Assembly: GCA_965213925.1 (NCBI GenBank)
Contig: OZ243927.1
Span: 1,088,001-1,152,000 of the forward strand
Direction of reading: 5' to 3'
Length of the DNA stretch: 64,000 nt
DNA from: Trueperaceae bacterium
GTDB taxonomy: Bacteria > Deinococcota > Deinococci > Deinococcales > Trueperaceae
Shown: positions 42,627 to 51,748 of the stretch, in pieces
How the letters are laid out: the number at the start of each line of letters is the position of its first letter
Position numbering within the stretch: position 1 is the stretch's first letter
Made by a program: the position numbers and the translations under genes
The notes under the pieces: generated by a model
Seen by the model: the letters and a program-made list of their open reading frames with translations, nothing else
What the model was told of the DNA's origin: nothing
Database searches by the model: none

Positions 42627-43409
42627 TCAGCGACGAAGAAACCTCTCTATCGCCTCCAACCCTTTCGGGTTCACCGCCCCATCCACCATCGCAATATGCC
42701 CACCCTGAATCTCAGTAAAAAACTTGGGCTCGTTCGCCGCTTCGTAGAGCGTGCGTCCTTGCGAGAAGGGAATGGTGAAGTCGCCGCGTGAATGTAAAAA
42801 GAGCGTAGGTGCGTCCACATCGCTTATCTTTTCTAACGAGTCAAAGCGGTTGCTCATGATGCCGTTGGGCACGAAGCGGTATATCGCTCTGGCGGCGTCT
42901 AAGAGGGAGGTGAAGGCAGCCTCGAGAATCAGCCCGCCGACCTTTTTGCGACTCGCGAGGTCCGTCGCGACGCCGGAGCCTAAGGAGAAGCCGTAGAGGA
43001 TGATGTCTTCTGGTGACACCCCCTTGTCAATGAGGTACTGATAGCTCGCGTCCGCGTCCTCGTAGAGCCCCGCCTCGCTCGGCTCGCCGCCGCTCTCGCC
43101 GTAGCCCCGGTATTCGGGCATGAGCACGTTGACGCCCATCGCGTAGAGCTGTGAGGTAAAAGAGAGGTACGAGGAGACGTTTTCGCCATTACCGTGGAAG
43201 TACACGAGCCAAGGTGCGTCATCTTTCTTTTGAGGTAGCGCCCACGCCATAATTTGAGTGCCGTCAGCGGTGGTTAGCTCGAGGCGTTCAAAAGGCAGAC
43301 CATAATCCGCTGGCGTCTTGCTCAGTGTCCTGGTCGGTATATAAACGAATCTGTTTTCAAAAGGAAGCAGCCATGCATTGAACATGACTGCTACGATAAG
43401 AGGTAGCAC
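42627..43409 (-). CDS. Alpha/beta hydrolase (ABHD13/Bem46-like)
   Basis: YFHGNG, YRGYG, GFSLG. Confidence 0.9.
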   Translation of the reverse strand: MLPLIVAVMFNAWLLPFENRFVYIPTRTLSKTPADYGLPFERLELTTADGTQIMAWALPQKKDDAPWLVYFHGNGENVSSYLSFTSQLYAMGVNVLMPEYRGYGESGGEPSEAGLYEDADASYQYLIDKGVSPEDIILYGFSLGSGVATDLASRKKVGGLILEAAFTSLLDAARAIYRFVPNGIMSNRFDSLEKISDVDAPTLFLHSRGDFTIPFSQGRTLYEAANEPKFFTEIQGGHIAMVDGAVNPKGLEAIERFLRR

Positions 43410-44884
43410 TACTCAAACGTGTGCCGCAATACGGGTTTACGCGCCGCCGTGACCTCGTCGAGCCTGCGCACGGGCGTGTGGTAGGGCGCGTGTTCTAAGA
43501 AATCAGGGTCTTCCTCGGCGCGTTGTAAAACTTCGGCGAGAATGCTCGCGTAGGCGTCCAGCGTTTCTAACGATTCCGTCTCGGTAGGCTCCACCATCAT
43601 CGCCTCTTTGACGACCAAGGGGAAATACACTGTCATCGGGTGGACGCCGTAGTCGAGGAGCGCTTTAGCGACGTCCATCGTTTTGAGGTCGCCGGGCGGC
43701 TGCGACACGAACTCGTGCATGTTGACGCGCTCGAACGCCGTCTTAAAGCCCGCCTCTTGCATCTTGACGCGGAGGTAGTTGGCGTTTAAGACTGCCATCC
43801 CCGAGACCTGCTCCAAGCCCTCTTTGCCGAGTGCCCGAATGTAGGTGTACGCCCGCACCAAGTTACCGAAGTTGCCGTAAAATGAGCGCATCCGCCCGAT
43901 GGATTGGGGCAGGTCGTATTCGAAGTCGAACCGTTCGCCTTCTTTTTTGATGAGCGGCGCAGGTAAGAAGTCGCGCAGGTGCGCCTTCACGCCCACCGGA
44001 CCCGTGCCGGGACCGCCGCCGCCGTGCGGCGTCGTAAAGGTCTTGTGCAGATTGAGGTGCACGACATCGAAGCCCATGTCACCGGGGCGCGCGCGTCCCA
44101 CAATCGCGTTCGTGTTCGCGCCGTCGTAGTAGAGCTGTGCACCCGCGTCGTGCGCGGCGCGGCTGATTTCTAAGATGTTCGTCTCGAAGAGCCCCAAGGT
44201 ATTCGGATTGGTGAGCATCACGGCGGCGGTGTCGGGACCGAGCGCTTCTTTGAACGCTTCTAAATCCACCTCGCCGTCTTCGCCTGTGGGCACCTCTACA
44301 ACGTCGTAACCCACCATCTTGGCGGTAGCGGGGTTCGTGCCGTGTGCGCCGTCCGGGACGATGACGGTGCGGCGCTGTTCGCCTTCGCCGTTCGCCTCGT
44401 GGTAGGCGCGGATGATGAGGATGCCCGTGAGTTCGCCGTGCGCTCCGGCGGCGGGTTGCAGCGAGACGGCGTCCATGCCTGTAATGGTCGAAAGGTCATT
44501 CTGCAGGTTATAGAGCAGTTCCAACGCGCCCTGCACCGAGTCGGGGTCTGCGTAAGGGTGCAGTTCGGTGAAGAGCTTCGCGGTCTCCTCGTTGACTTTG
44601 GGGTTGTACTTCATCGTGCACGAGCCGAGCGGGTAGACGTTGCCGTCAATGGAGAATTGGCGGTGCGCGAGTTGCGTGTAGTGCCGCACGAGGTCGAGTT
44701 CGGAGACCTCGGGAAGTCTAGGCGGCGCGTCTCGTAGATGCTCGCTGCCGATGAGGTCTGTGAGGGCTGTGCCTTCAGGTTTGGGCGGACGTGCGGCGCG
44801 GCGTCCCTCTTTGGAGCGTTCGAAGATGAGGGGGAAGTCGCCGTCGGTCTGAATCGCAGGTGGGGCGGGGCGTTCTTTAATCAT
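43409..44884 (-). CDS. gcvPB: Glycine dehydrogenase subunit 2
   Basis: LGSCTMKYNP and LNLHKTF.TPHGGGGPG. Confidence 0.96.
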   Translation of the reverse strand: MIKERPAPPAIQTDGDFPLIFERSKEGRRAARPPKPEGTALTDLIGSEHLRDAPPRLPEVSELDLVRHYTQLAHRQFSIDGNVYPLGSCTMKYNPKVNEETAKLFTELHPYADPDSVQGALELLYNLQNDLSTITGMDAVSLQPAAGAHGELTGILIIRAYHEANGEGEQRRTVIVPDGAHGTNPATAKMVGYDVVEVPTGEDGEVDLEAFKEALGPDTAAVMLTNPNTLGLFETNILEISRAAHDAGAQLYYDGANTNAIVGRARPGDMGFDVVHLNLHKTFTTPHGGGGPGTGPVGVKAHLRDFLPAPLIKKEGERFDFEYDLPQSIGRMRSFYGNFGNLVRAYTYIRALGKEGLEQVSGMAVLNANYLRVKMQEAGFKTAFERVNMHEFVSQPPGDLKTMDVAKALLDYGVHPMTVYFPLVVKEAMMVEPTETESLETLDAYASILAEVLQRAEEDPDFLEHAPYHTPVRRLDEVTAARKPVLRHTFE

Positions 44885-46235
44885 GAGCAGCCTCCAGCGG
44901 GCGGGCGCTGTCTAAAATAGTTTGTAAGGCGTTCACGAGTGCGTCTATGTCTTCGGCTCGAGTCAACTCCGTTGCCGAGAAGAGCACAACGTTATTCAGA
45001 CCGTTGTCCCCTAAGCCGTAGTGTTTGGGTACGGGCACGCCGGCGTGGACGCCTCGTTCGGCTAATTTGTGGCGAAGTTGGGCAGCGGGTAGGGGAGAGC
45101 GCACCGCGAACTCGTTGAAGAAGGTGCCGGGGAGAACCTCGAGCCCGACGTCTGCTAGCTTATCTGCCAGAGCGTGCGCGTTCTGTACGCTTTTCGTTGC
45201 CGCTTCGACGAGTCCCTGTGGACCGAGCGCCGCCATATTCACTGCCGCCATAAGCGCCGCGAGCTGGTGGTTTGAGCAGATGTTCGACTTCGCCTTCGAG
45301 CGGCGGATGTGCTGCTCGCGTGCTTGCAAGGTCAGCACGAAGGCGCGTTTGCCGTCTACATCCGTCGTTTGCCCGACTAAACGCCCCGGCATCTGGCGCA
45401 GGAGCTTTTCCGTCACGACCATATAGCCGAAGTTCGGTCCGCCGAAATTCACTGGGTTGCCGAGGGTTTGCCCGTCGCCGACCGCCATGTCCGCGCCGTA
45501 CTCGCCCGGCGCTTTGAGGACTGCTAAAGAGAGCGGGTCGCACACCGCGACGAAGAGCGCGCCTGCGGCGTGTGCCTTTTCAGCGAGTGCGGGCATCGCT
45601 TCTAAATAGCCCAAGAAATTCGGGTTTTGCGCGACAAGACAAGCGGCGTCTTCTGCGACTTGGACGCCCGGTGTGACGAGGTCCTCGAGCGCGGACTCTT
45701 CAATTTCGATGCCCAAAGGCTTGAGGTAAGTCGCTAGCACTTCCCTGGATTCAGGGTGCACGCCTTGACTCACCACGACCTTCTCGCGCTTGGTTTGCCG
45801 CACGGCTAAAAGTGCCGCCTCCGCCACGGTGGACGCGCCGTCGTACATCGAGGCGTTCGAAATCGGCAAGCCCGTGAGTTCGCTCATCATCGTCTGATAT
45901 TCGAAGGTCGCTTGCAGGAGTCCTTGCGCCACCTCCGCTTGGTAGGGCGTGTACGAAGTGACGAACTCGCTCTGCATGGCGAGGTGCGGCGTGACTGAGG
46001 GGATGAAGTGCGCCTGGGGACCGCCGCCCAAGAAGGTGGGGCCGTCCGCCTTGTTTTTAGCGGCAAGGTCGCCGAGGTGACGAAGGAGTGAAACCTCATC
46101 TAAACCTGCGGGTAGGTCGACGTCAGGATGCTGCAGTTCGGCGGGGATGTCTGCGAAGAGGTCGTCCACGCTGGCTACACCGATGGCTTGCAGGGCGCGT
46201 TCGATGTCCTCTTGCGTATGGGGGATATAGTTCAT
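44877..46235 (-). CDS. gcvPA: Glycine dehydrogenase subunit 1
   Basis: YTPYQAE, NASMYDG, REQHIRR. Confidence 0.96.
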   Translation of the reverse strand: MNYIPHTQEDIERALQAIGVASVDDLFADIPAELQHPDVDLPAGLDEVSLLRHLGDLAAKNKADGPTFLGGGPQAHFIPSVTPHLAMQSEFVTSYTPYQAEVAQGLLQATFEYQTMMSELTGLPISNASMYDGASTVAEAALLAVRQTKREKVVVSQGVHPESREVLATYLKPLGIEIEESALEDLVTPGVQVAEDAACLVAQNPNFLGYLEAMPALAEKAHAAGALFVAVCDPLSLAVLKAPGEYGADMAVGDGQTLGNPVNFGGPNFGYMVVTEKLLRQMPGRLVGQTTDVDGKRAFVLTLQAREQHIRRSKAKSNICSNHQLAALMAAVNMAALGPQGLVEAATKSVQNAHALADKLADVGLEVLPGTFFNEFAVRSPLPAAQLRHKLAERGVHAGVPVPKHYGLGDNGLNNVVLFSATELTRAEDIDALVNALQTILDSARPLEAAHD

Positions 46236-46237
46236 CG

Positions 46238-46621
46238 CTAGTCCTCTTCCGCCGACGCTTCGTAGTCTTCGGCGCTTAAAAGGCTCCCGGTTTCGCTCTC
46301 GTCCGACATGCGCAGTTTGAAGAGCCAGCCGCCTTCGTAGGGCGATTCGTTGAGCTTTTCGGGGGCGTCCTCGAGTCCCCCATTCACCTCGACGACCTCA
46401 CCGGAGACGGGCGCGTAGATGTCTGAGGCGGTCTTGACGGATTCGACGACGGCCACTGGGTCGCCTGCGCTAAACGTCTTGCCCTCCTCGGGCAACTCCA
46501 CGAACACCACGTCGCCTAGCTGGTCTTGCGCGAAGTCGGTGATGCCGACCGTGACGGTGTCGCCCTCTACTTTCGACCACTCATGGGTTGCGCTGTACTT
46601 TAAGTCTTTGGGGGTTTCCAT
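46238..46621 (-). CDS. gcvH: Glycine cleavage system H protein
   Basis: VESVKTASD lipoyl-Lys motif. Confidence 0.97.
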   Translation of the reverse strand: METPKDLKYSATHEWSKVEGDTVTVGITDFAQDQLGDVVFVELPEEGKTFSAGDPVAVVESVKTASDIYAPVSGEVVEVNGGLEDAPEKLNESPYEGGWLFKLRMSDESETGSLLSAEDYEASAEED

Positions 46622-46852
46622 GCTCACTCCTTCACTTGCTTCCACTTGCTTACGCCAATACGTGTTCCGGTACGATGAGTTTGCGGCTGGGGCGCGTTGC
46701 GGTTTGCGTCATCATTGCTTTACGGAAAATAATCTACTTTCTGATTCTAAGGCTTAGCGGACAAAGGCGCAGTAATAAGGGCGTATTTGTGAGATTTTGT
46801 GCTCCACGGTAGCGCTCTCGGAGATGGGACTCAATAAGCCTGATAAAAAAGT

Positions 46853-47908
46853 TTAGGGATAAAAGCGCGGTTTGACGACGTCCGCGTGGACGCCTTGACC
46901 GCGTATCTCGACCGCTAACGCGGTGCCGAGTTCGCTCAACGCCGTATCCACCCAAGCCATCGCGACGCCCTCCCTGGTCAGCGGCGAGATCGTACCGGAG
47001 GTGACCTCGCCTACGACGCTGTCCTCATGAAGCACGTGATAGCCCTGCCGCGCCACACCGCGCTGGCGCAGCCGCAAACCGACGAGCTTGCGCTCACACG
47101 CGGGGTTCCACATCGACTCTCGTCCATAGAAGGGCTTGTCTTTGACGACCCAGGCGTAAGGGGAGCAGAGCGGGTTGGTCGCTGCGGTGAATTCATGACC
47201 GAATAAGGGAAAGCCCGCCTCGAGCCGGAGGGTGTCGCGCGCGCCCAGACCGCAAGGCGTCGCACCCTCTTCGGTCAGCGCCCGCCACACCTGCGGCGCG
47301 TCCTCCGCCTCGCAGAAGATTTCGAAGCCGTCTTCGCCCGTGTAGCCCGTGCGGGCGAGCCTCACCTCTTTGTCTGCCAGGGTCGTCTTAAGCGTGCGGT
47401 TTTTCTTGAAACTCGTGATGTCTTCAAAGGTCAGGCGGCTCATCATGAGCGCCGCGCCCGGACCTTGCAGCGCCATGAGCCCCCAGCGCTCAGACTCGTT
47501 TGCGACGTTGGCGTCGTACGCTCCGGTGAGCTGCTCTAAGTGGGGAACGACTTCGTCTACGTTCGAGGCGTTGCAGACGATCAGGTACTCGTTCTCCCCT
47601 TCGCAGTAGATGTAGAGGTCATCGATTAGCCCGCCCTGGTCGTTCGGGAGCATGGAGTATTGCGCTCTGCCGGGTGTGAGCTTGGCGGGATTATTGAGCG
47701 TCGCGTAGCTTAGAAAATCCGTAGCCGCCGCGCCCGTAACGCGAATCTCCCCCATGTGGCTCACGTCGAAAAGACCCGTGCCTTCACGCACCGCGAGATG
47801 TTCCTGGTTGATGCCTGTAGCGTACTGGATAGGCATCTCCCAGCCCGCGAAGTCCACCATGCGTGCGCCGTGTTCGATGTGCAGGTCGTAAAGTGTCGTG
47901 CGTTTCAT
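46853..47908 (-). CDS. gcvT: Glycine cleavage system aminomethyltransferase
   Basis: LFDVSHMG, RTGYTGEDGFE, LRLEAG. Confidence 0.96.
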   Translation of the reverse strand: MKRTTLYDLHIEHGARMVDFAGWEMPIQYATGINQEHLAVREGTGLFDVSHMGEIRVTGAAATDFLSYATLNNPAKLTPGRAQYSMLPNDQGGLIDDLYIYCEGENEYLIVCNASNVDEVVPHLEQLTGAYDANVANESERWGLMALQGPGAALMMSRLTFEDITSFKKNRTLKTTLADKEVRLARTGYTGEDGFEIFCEAEDAPQVWRALTEEGATPCGLGARDTLRLEAGFPLFGHEFTAATNPLCSPYAWVVKDKPFYGRESMWNPACERKLVGLRLRQRGVARQGYHVLHEDSVVGEVTSGTISPLTREGVAMAWVDTALSELGTALAVEIRGQGVHADVVKPRFYP

Positions 47909-48009
47909 CCCTGATGGTAGCATAGTGCTCTCGGCTGCGATTCGCGAAGGCTATGTATTGGACCCTGCTCAGTTAGGTCTGAGCGGTTAAACTAGTGGGA
48001 GGGTGCGCT

Positions 48010-48312
48010 ATGGGGATGCTCGAGCTAGGAGAGGGCAAAAAAGAAAAACGCGCCGTCGTGATAGGGCTCAGCGTCATTCACGTGGGCGCGCTAGCCGGCA
48101 TCATCACGGTGTTCGCTGCGGGGCTCTCGAGCGAGATGACGTTCTCCCCGATGCTCACGGTCGTCGCTGTTGTCGCGACGACGCTCTGGCTCTTCTCCTT
48201 CATTTTGCTCTCGGTCAATATTGCGTATTACATCCTTGCGCCTGAAGAGAAAGAAAATACGAGCGCTGAAAAAGATAACTGTCCATCAGAAAGCCCCGAC
48301 CCTTCACCTTGA
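48010..48312 (+). CDS. Small two-TM hypothetical protein
   Basis: GGGAGG upstream of ATG; two hydrophobic helices. Confidence 0.55.
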   Translation: MGMLELGEGKKEKRAVVIGLSVIHVGALAGIITVFAAGLSSEMTFSPMLTVVAVVATTLWLFSFILLSVNIAYYILAPEEKENTSAEKDNCPSESPDPSP

Positions 48313-48494
48313 GCCTGCATCCGAGCCTGGGGTAGTCAGCAGGCGTGAAGCGCGGTTAGTTGAGCCGATGAAGTGTCAGCAACTGACTGTTTTGCAGTTG
48401 CGGGTTGTGCCGTGGGGACGTGACAGCGGTGTGTCAGGATGAAACGAAAGGCGAGCGTACGGCTGCAAAACCTCTACGCTAGCGCCTGCGAAAC

Positions 48495-48662
48495 TTACGA
48501 AGGCTTGGCGCTCAGTGACGGCTCGTCGGCGCGCACTTCTTTAACTGCCCTTTGTTGCTTGGCGCGGCGGCGCAACGCTTCGATAAGGGCTAAGTCGTTG
48601 ACGAGCAAAAGCCCTTTTTCGTTGACCGGAAATTCGTCCAAGTAAACCTTTGGCTGGTTCAT
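48495..48662 (-). CDS. 55-aa small protein, not in ORF track (MNQPKVYLDEFPVNEKGLLLVNDLALIEALRRRAKQQRAVKEVRADEPSLSAKPS)
   Basis: AGGAGG-TATTT-ATG; translated by hand. Confidence 0.7.
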   Translation of the reverse strand: MNQPKVYLDEFPVNEKGLLLVNDLALIEALRRRAKQQRAVKEVRADEPSLSAKPS

Positions 48663-48702
48663 AAATACCTCCTGATTACAGTTATAGTATAGGGATACTC
48701 AA

Positions 48703-48742
48703 CTTTGCGGCGTCTTAGCAGCGCTGCTAAGACGCCGCAAAG
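48703..48742. repeat. Perfect loop-less 40-bp palindrome
   Basis: CTTTGCGGCGTCTTAGCAGC|GCTGCTAAGACGCCGCAAAG. Confidence 0.95.
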
Positions 48743-48884
48743 GACGAAAGTATAAACCGCTCAGTTTTTCTTAGCAGCGCCTTAGCAAGGTCGCTAAGGC
48801 TAAATTAAGACGTCTTCATTAAACTAGATTTTAAGAAAGCTTTCCGAAGAGGTCGGAAACATAATTCACATCTGGGAGGATGTC

Positions 48885-49001
48885 ATGCGTAAAGTTTTAA
48901 TTGCTACAGTGACGGTGGGGTTATTTTTCAGCAGTGTTGCGCTGGCGGGACCGAGCAGAGTTACCTTCGGCGCGAGTACAAATCAAACGACAAGCCGATA
49001 A
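48885..49001 (+). CDS. 38-aa secreted pre-peptide, not in ORF track (MRKVLIATVTVGLFFSSVALA-GPSRVTFGASTNQTTSR)
   Basis: GGGAGG RBS; n/h/c-region Sec signal ending A-L-A; terminator directly downstream. Confidence 0.8.
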   Translation: MRKVLIATVTVGLFFSSVALAGPSRVTFGASTNQTTSR

Positions 49002-49017
49002 ATCCGCTAAAAGTCCA

Positions 49018-49046
49018 GCCCGGTCCCACGTGACCGGGCTCTTTTT
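49018..49046 (+). terminator. Intrinsic terminator of the peptide gene
   Basis: AGCCCGGTC-ccacgt-GACCGGGCT-CTTTTT. Confidence 0.85.
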
Positions 49047-49058
49047 ATGGTGGTGTAA

Positions 49059-49181
49059 TACCAATTCCGATTGATTCTTTATCAATCCGAGCGGATGCGA
49101 GCAGGAACGGATATACGGATGGATTGTATGGACTATCATCGAACGCTTTTCTCGGTGATAGGGAATTAAACGGAATCCGTA
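49059..49181. mobile_element. MITE-like element with TAA target duplication
   Basis: TAA|TACCAATTCCG...CGGAATCCGTA|TAA; similar to 19344-19489. Confidence 0.75.
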
Positions 49182-49266
49182 TAACGCGTTTTGTGTATGC
49201 AGTAACGCAAGAGCCGTTAAAGACGTAACTCAATTTTTGCGTACATACGAATAGGCGTTCGTTGAC

Positions 49267-51717
49267 TTAATTATACTCGAGGGCTAACGCCTTAGCCTTG
49301 GTACGCGCTAGAAGCGTACGCGGATCGCCTGGCGGGAGAGCCTGCAGAAGTCGCTCCCAGACAGCGAGGTCGTCAGCCATATATTCGCTGTAGGCGCTCA
49401 GCGCATCTACGTCGTTTGACGCGAGCATCGCTTCGTACATCTGCGCCTCGAGGTGTTCGCGCAGACGCTCGAGCGCGGGCGCTTGCGCCTCCTCTAAAAG
49501 TGGACCTTTATAGAGCGCCATCGCCTCTTTGAGCTTTCCGCTGAGTGAAAACTTGCCGAACTCGAGAAAGTCAGCGCGGACGTCGTACTCGAGCCGGTAA
49601 GGTGGGTTCGACACGGGAATCCACCCGCGCAGCTTTTTGATCGCAACGTAGAGCGCGTTCGTACTACCCGTTTCGCCGTAGAGTTCGAGCGCGAGCTTCT
49701 CCGAACTGACGCCCATCGGGTGCTGCGCTAGAATCGCTAAAAGCTCGAGCGACTGTAGCGGAAGGTCCAGCCGTTTCCCCTCTAACCACACGTCTCGGTG
49801 CCCTAAAAAGCGAAGCTCCAGGGTGACCTCGCCCAAGACTGTATCCCAGAGGTTGCGAAAGTGCACTTCGGGGCCGGACAAGCATCTGAGGCCGCTCTCG
49901 GCTAAATCGCTCAGCGATGCGTGGGTGAGCTGAGACCGCGCCGCCGCTTCGTCGTTAAGCTCCATAAGCGCGTAGGCTCTGTAGAGCCTCGCTCGAGCCT
50001 CTAGGTAAGCAGGGAGCTGTATATCCTCTAAAAGCTTTCCTAAAACCTTGATACCTTTATGCGGAGCTGTGAAGCATAAAACCATGCCTTGCGCGAGCAC
50101 GGCGGGCTGATGATAGATAGGCGCTAGGTCTTCGGTCAGGTGATAGATACGTTCTGCTATCTGGACCGCCTCTTCGTACGCTTCTAAGTCCAACAATGCC
50201 TTGACGAGAGGAAGCCCGTTTCGCCCTAGGTCCTCGCGCGGCGCGCCTTCATAAGCGAGGCGATAGAGGGGTAGGGCTTTCGTGACCTCTCCAGTAGCGA
50301 CGTAGTAGTCGCCTAGAGTCTCTCTGAGCGATTCCGCGCACTGGTCGAAAATACCTGCGACAGTACGCTCGCTCTCGCTCAGCAAACTACCCAACCCGCT
50401 TATCTCACCTGAAAGAATGCGCGCAAACGCATAGTCGTTGATGAGCAGGAGCTTACGCGAGATGTCTTTCATCCCGCTCTTTTCGAAGAGGTCTAGGCTC
50501 CAGCCGCCCCAGTGGAGCGCTTCGCGGTAGTGACCGGCGTCTATGAGCCTTACCGCAAGCGTACCTGCGCTACGCACGGCGTCGTCGTCTCGCCCTTTGC
50601 GCTCGGCAAGCCGCACCGCCCGTTTAAGAAAGCCGATACCTTTCGCAGTGTCCCTCTCAAAGAACCCCTGCATATGGAGCGTAAAGGGCGTCTCTAGCAG
50701 CGCAGCCCGCTGCACCTCAGCGCGCGCTTCTTCGTGGGTGAGGAAAATAACCGCGTAGAGCGCTCTTAACTCGGGCGCTTCGTGGCGCTGAAGGTAGTTT
50801 TGGATGCGCTCTTGGAGTTCCTCGTAGCGGTTGAGCCGAATGCCCGCGGAAAGCTTCCAGAAGAACACGGTGTCGTCTTCGTAGTCGGCGGGTAGAAGGT
50901 CGAGGTAGTGCCAGAGCCGACCGTGCAGCCCCTCGTTGATGAAGTGCGGTCCCGCCTCTGAAAGAACGGTCGACACCCGTTCGGGCAGGTGCCGCACCAC
51001 GAGCGCGAGGGCGCGCCCCCACTCCTCGCGCTCGACGAGCACCTCGAGCAACTCGGATGGCGGCACCGCGATTTCCGTGCCCGGAGGGAGTTTGGGTCCC
51101 CACAGGGTAGGCATGAGCGGCGAGGGCAGCCCTACCTTGTCGTGCAGGGCGAGGTTAAACGTTTCGTAGGCGTAATCCGCCTCTTCAAGCAGCGCGCTGA
51201 CCTCTTCGCGGCTGAGCATCCCGCCCGCGAGCGCGCACGCCTCCTCTTCGGTGAGCTGGAGCGCAGCTTCATCTAAATAGACCGCTTTGGGAACCTCGAG
51301 CGGCACTTTAGAGACGAGAACGAGGCGCTCTGCGTCTGACCCCCTGAGCAGATCGATAAGCTCCGGCGCGTGTTCAGCGCCGAAAAGTAAATAGGTAGGT
51401 CTGCCGTAAACTTCAGCGAACGCCGCTAGAATCCTGAGCCCCGCAGCGACGGGCAACCCCGGCGCGACGAGGGGCACGTCCAGCGCGGTGGAAACCGCCT
51501 CGGAAAATTTGAGCGCTTGCGCCTGCGCGTCACAAGCGTCGGCTTCGTCGAGTTCCAGGACCATAAGCGGTTTCGCTTCTTTTTTGAACTCGCTAAAGAG
51601 TCGCTGAACGCCTAAGTCAGGGCGGTGCGGTAAGATGACCGTGCGTGCACCTTTCAGTTGCGCCAACCTTTTTGAGAGCCACATATGGAATACTATACAC
51701 AAAATGTGGCTCACCAT
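49267..51717 (-). CDS. Large regulator: degenerate MalT/STAND-like N-terminus, central TPR-like helical repeats, C-terminal wHTH plus BTAD-like (SARP-type) region
   Basis: Helical repeats (GHYREALHW, GEVTKALPLY); LELRFLG...LLAILAQHPMG...LALELYG; ALYKGPLL. Confidence 0.75.
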   Translation of the reverse strand: MVSHILCIVFHMWLSKRLAQLKGARTVILPHRPDLGVQRLFSEFKKEAKPLMVLELDEADACDAQAQALKFSEAVSTALDVPLVAPGLPVAAGLRILAAFAEVYGRPTYLLFGAEHAPELIDLLRGSDAERLVLVSKVPLEVPKAVYLDEAALQLTEEEACALAGGMLSREEVSALLEEADYAYETFNLALHDKVGLPSPLMPTLWGPKLPPGTEIAVPPSELLEVLVEREEWGRALALVVRHLPERVSTVLSEAGPHFINEGLHGRLWHYLDLLPADYEDDTVFFWKLSAGIRLNRYEELQERIQNYLQRHEAPELRALYAVIFLTHEEARAEVQRAALLETPFTLHMQGFFERDTAKGIGFLKRAVRLAERKGRDDDAVRSAGTLAVRLIDAGHYREALHWGGWSLDLFEKSGMKDISRKLLLINDYAFARILSGEISGLGSLLSESERTVAGIFDQCAESLRETLGDYYVATGEVTKALPLYRLAYEGAPREDLGRNGLPLVKALLDLEAYEEAVQIAERIYHLTEDLAPIYHQPAVLAQGMVLCFTAPHKGIKVLGKLLEDIQLPAYLEARARLYRAYALMELNDEAAARSQLTHASLSDLAESGLRCLSGPEVHFRNLWDTVLGEVTLELRFLGHRDVWLEGKRLDLPLQSLELLAILAQHPMGVSSEKLALELYGETGSTNALYVAIKKLRGWIPVSNPPYRLEYDVRADFLEFGKFSLSGKLKEAMALYKGPLLEEAQAPALERLREHLEAQMYEAMLASNDVDALSAYSEYMADDLAVWERLLQALPPGDPRTLLARTKAKALALEYN

Positions 51718-51748
51718 TCTCTTTTGTAAGATATTGCACGGCTGAGTT

